From an uncultured Streptococcus sp. (GTDB lineage Bacteria > Bacillota > Bacilli > Lactobacillales > Aerococcaceae): a stretch of 57,216 nt of DNA. The notes beneath the pieces are model-generated. The model saw only the letters and a program-made list of their open reading frames with translations, was not told the DNA's origin and made no database searches. The position numbers were made by a program, and so were the translations under genes. Location: assembly GCA_963526005.1 (NCBI GenBank), contig CAURMP010000001.1, positions 1 through 57,216 on the forward strand, written 5' to 3'. The stretch's first letter is position 1, and every line of letters begins with the position of its first letter. Positions 27,183-34,800 of the stretch are shown here, piece after piece.

Positions 27183-27624
27183 TTTCTTTTAGCGTACGAT
27201 AGGTCGGAATATCTTTATCTTTGAAATATCCACCATCGTTGCTAACATCTAACGCTGGAATATTGTTATCCCCACTGTCCAATAAATCACCTACAGTGTG
27301 TACATAGGCTTTGATAGTGCTGAAAAAATGAGGAGCATCGTTCTTTGTGACATAAATGGTTTGTGCAGTATGACCTTTAATCGGTTTTGGATTATGTACA
27401 CGAATACCTTTGAAATAGGATTGGTCTGGGTCAATATACCCCGAACAAATAATAGGAGCACCATTACAAACCATATTTACATAGAGTCGGAACTCATCTG
27501 TCTTCGGTTCATAATGACCGTGAATATACTTGTATTCCAACGACACCACATTTGGAATATGTTTAGTTGTTCCATAGCGATGAGGATTTTTCTTCGCTGT
27601 CTTACGTTTCTTACTTACTGGCAT
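27160..27624 (-). CDS. Hypothetical protein with a basic N-terminus
   Basis: Start MPVSKKRK at 27624 after AAGGAGG; ends ...QELHIL* inside promoter copy 6. Confidence 0.8.
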   Translation of the reverse strand: MPVSKKRKTAKKNPHRYGTTKHIPNVVSLEYKYIHGHYEPKTDEFRLYVNMVCNGAPIICSGYIDPDQSYFKGIRVHNPKPIKGHTAQTIYVTKNDAPHFFSTIKAYVHTVGDLLDSGDNNIPALDVSNDGGYFKDKDIPTYRTLKETQELHIL

Positions 27625-27650
27625 GTCGCCCTCCTTTTTGAAAAAAAATA

Positions 27651-27720
27651 AAGAAGAGAGGGAGTTGAACCCTCGACCCTCCGTACGATGCCGGATGCTC
27701 TCCCGCTGAGCTATCTTCTT
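27651..27720 (-). tRNA. tRNA-like RNA with a non-canonical anticodon arm (no assignable anticodon, no encoded CCA)
   Basis: AAGAAGA-TA-GCTC-AGCGGGA-GAGC-A-TCCG-GCATCGTA-CGGA-GGGTC-GAGGG-TTCAACT-CCCTC-TCTTCTT; perfect acceptor, D and T arms. Confidence 0.8.
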
Positions 27721-27745
27721 CATTATACACCATGTAATTTCTGCG
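27721..27745 (-). promoter_or_regulatory. Phage promoter-like motif, copy 7
   Basis: CGCAGAAATTACATGGTGTATAATG, abutting the 5' end of the tRNA-like element. Confidence 0.8.
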
Positions 27746-27768
27746 AAAAAAGAAGACAAAGTCTTCTT
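27746..27768 (-). terminator. Intrinsic terminator
   Basis: AAGAAGAC-TTT-GTCTTCTT followed by TTTT, directly before promoter copy 7. Confidence 0.7.
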
Positions 27769-27780
27769 ACATTATTCTAT

Positions 27781-28170
27781 TTAATCATTAGTTATTTCTT
27801 TATAGCTAAGCATAGCTCTAGCAATATCTTGATGTTTACAATAGAAATGTAACATAAAGTCTTTGTCATAAATTATTCTATTAACAGATTTTGTCATTAT
27901 ATTATAATAATTACATACAGAATTAAATTTATCAATATTAACAGTAAAGAATTGTTCATCCTCGTTCCAAAATCCGCTCAGTATAAATTGAAATGATTCT
28001 AATGCTATATCGAATCTCCATCTATCTAAAGCATCTGCAGATACATAATCTAATGCTTCTCTAAACATAGTTTCGATATAATCATTCTTTACACCCCAAA
28101 TATACCAACGGTATGCAGCGTTGTACAATTTTTTAATTGTTTCTTCTTTTAGTTCATGTGATGTAGTCAT
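27781..28170 (-). CDS. Hypothetical protein (monocistronic cassette)
   Basis: 129 aa; AGGAGG SD after promoter copy 8. Confidence 0.8.
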   Translation of the reverse strand: MTTSHELKEETIKKLYNAAYRWYIWGVKNDYIETMFREALDYVSADALDRWRFDIALESFQFILSGFWNEDEQFFTVNIDKFNSVCNYYNIMTKSVNRIIYDKDFMLHFYCKHQDIARAMLSYKEITND

Positions 28171-28198
28171 AATATTGACCCTCCTATAATTTTTATTT

Positions 28199-28223
28199 CA
28201 TTATAGGACATGTAAAATATGCG
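28199..28223 (-). promoter_or_regulatory. Phage promoter-like motif, copy 8
   Basis: CGCATATTTTACATGTCCTATAATG. Confidence 0.8.
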
Positions 28224-28266
28224 AAATTGAGATTAAAAATCACTCCCGGGGAATTTTTGGAAATTC

Positions 28267-28293
28267 AAAAAAGACGGAGCCATGTAGACTCCG
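28267..28293 (-). terminator. Terminator closing the late/structural region
   Basis: CGGAG-TCTACATGG-CTCCG followed by TCTTTTTT. Confidence 0.7.
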
Positions 28294-28301
28294 CATTTCC
28301 A

Positions 28302-28697
28302 TTAATTCATATATTGTGAGGCCTTTTTACGTAGTTGTTCTGCTCTATTGTCTTTAGCGTTAGAAACTAATGATAGACGTCCAGCTTTATTTGTATTAAA
28401 TGTCATAGCTCGACCTCTTGATTTCGACGCCAAATCATACATTTCTGATAATACTGCACGATCTTTAGTAGCTGACATATGTTTGCGCATGGCTTTAAAT
28501 TGAAGTCTATACCCTTTGGCTTGTCTTTTTGTGACCATTCCATCTTTCTTCAATCGTTTGACAAGTGATTTCATGGTCTTATATTGCGATGCTTCATTAC
28601 GAACAATTTGACTACGACTCTTAATACCCCATCGCATCCCACGAATTCCATAGTGTTCTATAACATCATTATAAGATTGAATACCGATATAGTTCAT
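28302..28697 (-). CDS. Basic HxGxxGMxWG-tag protein (DUF7211-like)
   Basis: DVIEHYGIRGMRWG; K/R-rich body. Confidence 0.8.
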   Translation of the reverse strand: MNYIGIQSYNDVIEHYGIRGMRWGIKSRSQIVRNEASQYKTMKSLVKRLKKDGMVTKRQAKGYRLQFKAMRKHMSATKDRAVLSEMYDLASKSRGRAMTFNTNKAGRLSLVSNAKDNRAEQLRKKASQYMN

Positions 28698-28711
28698 ATA
28701 TTAGATTCCTT

Positions 28712-29251
28712 CTAGAATTTTCCTCCAGCATTAACATATGCTTTAGCACGAGTAGCTTTAGCTTTATTAATATCGTTCTTATAACGTGTATTTAGACCAA
28801 CATATGCATTACTCATTTTCTTCAGAGCTTCGCCTTTACGAACTCGGTAATCTTGATGAGATTCTCCAGCGGCTTTGTTACGTTTTGTAAAGAAAGCATC
28901 ATTTCCATATTTCTTAAAGATCTTTTCATCTCCAGTAGAGTGTTTATCTAAAGCTTTACGCTTATCTGATTTATATTTCTTATTCGCTTTAACCATATCG
29001 TCAACAACTCGGTTACTGTATTCCATATGTCTAGAACTTACGCTCAAAGGACTTCCAGTCATACCTCGAGTTTTACGACGTGCAACAGCATAAAAATTAG
29101 GGTGACGTAGTTTACGTTTGACCATACCGCCATAAGCAGATCCCCAACGTTTCATACGTTGTCCCCACTTCATCCCTTTAACGCCGTGGTGTTGCAAGAT
29201 ATCTTCAAAGCTATCAGTTTGATATAGTTCATTTTCTTCAATAATAATCAT
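28712..29251 (-). CDS. Basic HxGxxGMxWG-tag protein (DUF7211-like)
   Basis: DILQHHGVKGMKWG; K/R-rich body. Confidence 0.8.
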   Translation of the reverse strand: MIIIEENELYQTDSFEDILQHHGVKGMKWGQRMKRWGSAYGGMVKRKLRHPNFYAVARRKTRGMTGSPLSVSSRHMEYSNRVVDDMVKANKKYKSDKRKALDKHSTGDEKIFKKYGNDAFFTKRNKAAGESHQDYRVRKGEALKKMSNAYVGLNTRYKNDINKAKATRAKAYVNAGGKF

Positions 29252-29361
29252 AGTTTCATCCTCCGGGATAGTGAATTTTGTTGTTTATTTGACTGAGAAT
29301 ATCTAGCAGTTCATAATAGTGTCCTTTATACTCTGCAAGATGATTCATCAATGTTAATACT

Positions 29362-29410
29362 AAAAATAAAAGGGTTAGCATACCCACAAATGAGAGTATG
29401 CTAATAACCC
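29362..29410 (-). terminator. Intrinsic terminator
   Basis: TTAGCATACTC-TCATTTGT-GGGTATGCTAA (extendable by GGG/CCC) followed by TTTTATTTTT. Confidence 0.75.
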
Positions 29411-29447
29411 ATAAAATAATTTCCGATTTTTTCATTAGAGATTATCC

Positions 29448-30977
29448 TTATTGTTGAGGATGTTCCTCCGTACGAGTATTTGCCGTTAGTTCTTGGCGAA
29501 GCTGTTGAATCATTTGATCCACTTCTTGTTTTGTGTAGAAATCTTTCGTCTCTTCACGAATAAAGGTAGTAATAACTTGTTTATCAACTACATCCTCATA
29601 ACGGAATTGTAAAAGGATGTGATCTTGACCGGCAGTATCTTGCCATTTAAGGGTTAAATTACTATCATTTTTTACGATTTTGAAATCATGACCATTCAAA
29701 ATATAACCCGCCAAACTATCTAGTGTGCCGTTAGTAGCACTTGATAGCACCGTTAGCATTTGATCTAAATTATTACTGTCAAACGTACTACTTCCACCAG
29801 TTACTTCTCGAAGAGATGAGAATGGAATTGTTAGTAGTGGTCGAGGGGATATACCATCCGAATAATATGCTACTTCGTAATGATCATCACGTTTAATAAA
29901 TTGCACGTGTTTATTCCATGTGGTGGTATTTTCTAATATAGTATGTGTAACTTCATTAGATTCATCTGGTCCATTTAATAGCAACTCATTGATATCATGC
30001 GCAGATATAGTGCCGCGATTCATTGCATTTTTAATGAAATTAGTATTTAAAAATTGGTTAATAATACTAGTCGTAAGAGACTCTTTATCAGGAATACGAG
30101 GATTCACGTCATCCAAGATTTCTTGTTTAATAGTCTCTACATTCGGTAATTTACCATCTACAATAGATAGAATATCACGTTTTAGATCTTCCACATTGAG
30201 TGTGTTATTAGTATTTTCATCTCGATATTTTGCGAGATTTACAGAAGACATAAGACCTCCAACTTTAACAGTAAGAGTATCATTATCTAGCTCTAATTCA
30301 ACATCTTTTCGCCCTTCTATTTTGATCATATCTAGAACATCACGATATGTTGGATTTTCGTCACTAACATCTCTGGTCACTAATTCACATTCATAAACAA
30401 CAGGTTGATCCAAAGTACCAATAATGTTTGTCTTGTCATTTCTAATAGCAACATTTGTGTACGCGTTTGCTCCATACAAAAGATTGTCAGGATTTTTGAT
30501 TTGATTATCGTGGGAACGGAAAGGAATCACCACCTTTAATTCACGTTGTGAATTCATAAACGAGGAACTATTTTCTGTATAACCTTCTTCAGTTCCATTA
30601 TATACACTATAATAAATGGTGACTGCCATTTCACCATCAACGTCAAAGTCTTTATGTGGAGGTAAAACAATATCAAATGATTTATGCTGTTCTTCCCATT
30701 TAAGATCAACTCTAGAATTCCAATCATCTTTTTTAGTTTCTTCTGAAGAACCAAATCTAGGAGCGTAAAATAATAGTAGTGGGTTAAAATCGCCAAAGAC
30801 TTGAATATCTTTACTAATTGAATGTACTTTTACTAATCCTGGATACTCGATCTGTCCCGATATAGTATAAGAATACGACGAAATAGGTGTTGGTAACATA
30901 TCCGAGATATTAATTCGGATTATTTTCTTTTCATAACTATACCAAACCGTATGATTTAATCTAATAGTATCAATCAT
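29448..30977 (-). CDS. Hypothetical protein, possibly a minor tail/baseplate component
   Basis: 509 aa at the end of the tail module; no motif recognised. Confidence 0.6.
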   Translation of the reverse strand: MIDTIRLNHTVWYSYEKKIIRINISDMLPTPISSYSYTISGQIEYPGLVKVHSISKDIQVFGDFNPLLLFYAPRFGSSEETKKDDWNSRVDLKWEEQHKSFDIVLPPHKDFDVDGEMAVTIYYSVYNGTEEGYTENSSSFMNSQRELKVVIPFRSHDNQIKNPDNLLYGANAYTNVAIRNDKTNIIGTLDQPVVYECELVTRDVSDENPTYRDVLDMIKIEGRKDVELELDNDTLTVKVGGLMSSVNLAKYRDENTNNTLNVEDLKRDILSIVDGKLPNVETIKQEILDDVNPRIPDKESLTTSIINQFLNTNFIKNAMNRGTISAHDINELLLNGPDESNEVTHTILENTTTWNKHVQFIKRDDHYEVAYYSDGISPRPLLTIPFSSLREVTGGSSTFDSNNLDQMLTVLSSATNGTLDSLAGYILNGHDFKIVKNDSNLTLKWQDTAGQDHILLQFRYEDVVDKQVITTFIREETKDFYTKQEVDQMIQQLRQELTANTRTEEHPQQ

Positions 30978-30995
30978 TTATTTATATCCTTTCAA

Positions 30996-31583
30996 TTACG
31001 AAATTTTGAATGGCCAAGCAATTGCTTTACCATTTTGACCCCATTCTCCGTCATTCATAAATGAGGATAGAGGTTCACCATTATAAACCATTTCTTGATT
31101 AAATTGAACAATAACCAATTTGCCTTCTTCAGAAATCTCTGTATGAGATTCATCGAAGAATGTAGCGATTTCATTACGCTCATAGGTTTTACCAACTTGA
31201 AGTTTAGGAAGAAGCGCTGCAAGTTTCTTATAGACAACACCATAGTGAACATTGTCGGACATAATGGTATTGAGAACCATTGCCTCGATAAATTCGTCGC
31301 GACGTTTGTTTTCTTGAGTAGACATTGTAATTAGTTTATCCAACTCATCTACTTTCTTCGCAGTTTCTTGGACTTCCCATTCAGCGAAATAAGTTTTGTG
31401 GAACTGACGCATACATTTGTCTACGTAGTCTGCATGGTTGCGATCATCCACTGTATGTTTACCAGGTAGATATACAGTGATAAGATTAGTTGGTGTGTCC
31501 GTAAACAATTCGAATTGAGTTTTTTCGACTACTCCATTCTCATCAAAAAGATGATAGTGACTTCTGATTTTAAATGAGCTCAT
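30996..31583 (-). CDS. DUF1366-like tail-module protein
   Basis: Follows the tail-tip gene; LPGKH, VIVQFNQ and YNGE...WGQNG resemble streptococcal phage DUF1366 proteins. Confidence 0.55.
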   Translation of the reverse strand: MSSFKIRSHYHLFDENGVVEKTQFELFTDTPTNLITVYLPGKHTVDDRNHADYVDKCMRQFHKTYFAEWEVQETAKKVDELDKLITMSTQENKRRDEFIEAMVLNTIMSDNVHYGVVYKKLAALLPKLQVGKTYERNEIATFFDESHTEISEEGKLVIVQFNQEMVYNGEPLSSFMNDGEWGQNGKAIAWPFKIS

Positions 31584-31597
31584 AAATTAGCTCCTTT

Positions 31598-31837
31598 CTA
31601 TTTATTAATCGGAGGAAGATTAAGTTCTTCTGGCGTTACTTCTTCTATAGAAGCACCTGTTTGAGATTTGATGATATCCAATTCTCGTTGCTTTTCTTCC
31701 AATTGTTTTTGAAGATCGGTTACTTGATTTAAATAACCTTCTGCTTTCGCCTCAGCTTCAAACTTCTCAACAGTCACAACCAATAGTTGATTGGACATTT
31801 TTGTCAGCATTTTTTCTAAAATTTCTTTATCTTCCAT
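31598..31837 (-). CDS. Small coiled-coil protein
   Basis: Start MEDKEI at 31837; heptad-like sequence; typical position after Tal. Confidence 0.7.
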   Translation of the reverse strand: MEDKEILEKMLTKMSNQLLVVTVEKFEAEAKAEGYLNQVTDLQKQLEEKQRELDIIKSQTGASIEEVTPEELNLPPINK

Positions 31838-31839
31838 TT

Positions 31840-34800
31840 TTATACCCAATCTTTCTTTTCTTTGTTGAAAGCCCAATAATATGTCTTATCTGCATAACCA
31901 TTCCAAAGACTCTTACCAGGCCAGAAACTGGTTTCAATGTTTTGTCCGCTGTAAGTTTTATCTTTAAATAATGGTATATACCATAAGTTATTGGTTTGAG
32001 ATCCATCATCTACATATAAATACGCACTAGTATTCGTCATGGCATGCGTATTACCAGAAAATGTCACAATACCCATCCATCGAACCCCATATACACCGAT
32101 ACTATCATTTGAATATGGTGATCCCCACCTATAAGGTGAATATAGAGGAGTATTTAACTGATAATTTGTCATTACCGGGGTATATTCTGTATATTTTGAA
32201 GGTCCCCCGAATATACGAGTACCTCCCGCAATGCGCCCATTTAATTGGACAGTGATATCATCAGTTTTTGCATTTCGTTTCAATATTTGCATACGACCAT
32301 TTGACATATACATATACATTTCATTACCTAAAGCGATTCCTTTAGTAAATATGTATTGAATCCGTCCTACAAGAGCATCTAAATCAATCAAATTTGCATT
32401 TTTACCAGTAATTTTACCAGCATCTATCCAAGAAATCTTCGCATCATCAATAGCTGCTTTAGCAATTTTTGCATTACTGATAGACCCATCTTTAATCATA
32501 GCTTCATCGATAACACCTCTAGTAATATGAGTATTCCCATCAATCTCGATATTTTTACCTTTGATTCGTACACCATTTGGATTGGCGTTGATCTCGGTAG
32601 CTAATGAGTTTGGTCCAGATAACACACGAACAGCATACGAGTTACTCAATTGTTTGACCATAGTTGACGATATACCAGTTGCTGGGGTGTATTCATTCGA
32701 TACAGTACCCCTAACCATCATGATTTCTTTGATACGGATAACTCCAGTATTCTCAATAGCGATCATAAATGGTAATAGACCAGGTGATTCTAAAGCGACA
32801 TCTTCATTTGGAGTGACTGTTTTCTTGACAGTAACCCAATCTGTGAATGGATTGTTAGATCCTGTTCGAGGATCATTAGCCCTAGTGTCATGGAATACCA
32901 TAGGTGTTTTATTTAAAGTATGATTTTTAAGAGCAATTAAATAACGACTCTTATTAGGAGTATCTTGCGCCGTTTCAAATTTGATTTTAAAAGAAACTGT
33001 ATAACTTTCATTTCTTTTAACCTGTGACATGGCGACTGGTAATGATACAACACTCCATCCTGTGAATCCAGAAGATTTTGGAACGGACATCATATACTCA
33101 TTTTTACCATAAACTCCAGGGAAATCTCCTCGATAACGATTGTTTGCTCCTGGTACAAAGTTTGCGATGGCTCCGGCAAAGGTCTCGGTATCCAACACTA
33201 AGTTTGTACTTGCAGAAGAGGCGTTGGTAATAGTCGTTTGGAATGATTGGTTTGTCATAACCATTTGAGCTACTTTAGTAGCAACCCCATTCTCAGTCTC
33301 ACCAATAGTCCTCTTATACATATTCAGAGTCTGTTCAACAGCTTGGAATTTCGCATTAGTTGTAATGTCAAGGTCTTCTGGATGTTCCTTGAAGTCATTT
33401 ACAACTTTTGAACGTTCTAACTGAACTCGTGTAATATACAAATTGACCAAGATGGACGGTGTAAATGTGACCTTGACATATATCTTATGATAATCATGTT
33501 TTGCTATGAGGGTTCTACCAATACGACGCATATAACGATTACCAGCAGTAATTCCCGCCAATTCGAGATGTGTTCCCCTTACTATCGAAGCCACTCCTTC
33601 ACGAATCTCATTGGTTCCATCCATATAATAACCAAATACTTCCAGTTTAATCGCGTCTTTATTTGCATCTTGCAATCCATCCATTGCTACATCTAGAGAT
33701 AAGGTTAGTGGTTCATCTTTTTTGACGGGTTCCATAACCCATTGTCCAAGCCAAGACCAATCACTAGGCGTACCATACGCATGGATAATACCTTTACGTT
33801 TAAAGTTGTTAAATCCATGATCATAGTTGTAGTTAAATCCTGTGGCGTTTTGAATGTCCCAATGTGTTGTAGTTACCTTTTGATTTTCTTGAATGCCCTT
33901 CATGAAGTGACCATTCTTAAGAAGATTTGTACCGCCATTCTCAATGAAAGTATCTTCAACAGCACTAACCCAGTCAATCACCATATCACCAGAATATAGA
34001 ATACACTGAGTGATTTCGAATGGGACATTATTTGACCGGTCAACACGGAAACGAATCTGATTACAACGGTTCCAAGCATTGTCATTAAGAGTAATATAAC
34101 CAATTCTGAATGTTGGATTGGATCCGCTGATATTCATATCGTTAGGTGATGGATACTCGGGAACAACTCCATTAAGTCCCATCAAATAGGCGCCATCATC
34201 TGTATACAACTCTGGCATGACTCGAGCATTTGTTACATTTGATGCAAATTTAACAGTGTATTGAAGTGTCAATTTCGCATTTTGAGGAATACCCAATTCT
34301 CTAAGAGTCTTATTGCCAACAGTATTATACCCAAAAATAACTAAATAACCATTAGAGTTCAACGTATAAGATCCAGAATGACGAGTCTTATCCGTCCCTT
34401 GTAGATAGTTACGTCCACCATATTTCTTAGGTATCTTGGTTTCCACTTGACGGATATTTGTACGAATACCATCGATGGCCGTATTCACAATTGTTTGAGC
34501 ATTTGTTCTAGCAGTTCCAACAGCATTCTCAGTAGCTGAAGCAATAGCTTGACGAATGGCGCCATTTGTTTGTGTGATACTTGACGAAATAATACCATTA
34601 ACTTGTCCTGTTAAATTGGAAGTAATACGTTGAGCAATAGATCCTTCAGCTACTTGAATTTGAGCATTGGTGTAACTCTTTGCGCCATTCAAAGCTTCCT
34701 CTTTAGCAGTATTTACTTTAGCAGTAATTTGATTTGGAAGAGCTTGTAATGTGGCTTCTGCTTGAGTCATTTGACCCTTTAAGCCTGTAATTTCCTGAGC

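Noticed and set aside
27625..27759. N-terminal extension of ORF 27160-27759
   Set aside because: It runs through the terminator, promoter motif and tRNA-like element; a strong SD supports the start at 27624.
21149..28223. Repeated 25-bp motif interpreted as a CRISPR array or integron attC sites
   Set aside because: Spacing is irregular (0.4-2.5 kb), the repeats are degenerate and non-palindromic, and there is no cas operon or tyrosine recombinase. The Cas4-like nuclease at 2894-3469 is in a replication context.
29256..29348. 30-aa ORF MNHLAEYKGHYY...
   Set aside because: No SD and no motif; left uncalled.
31840..33000. Diversity-generating retroelement targeting the tail tip
   Set aside because: No reverse transcriptase ORF and no template/variable repeat pair seen.
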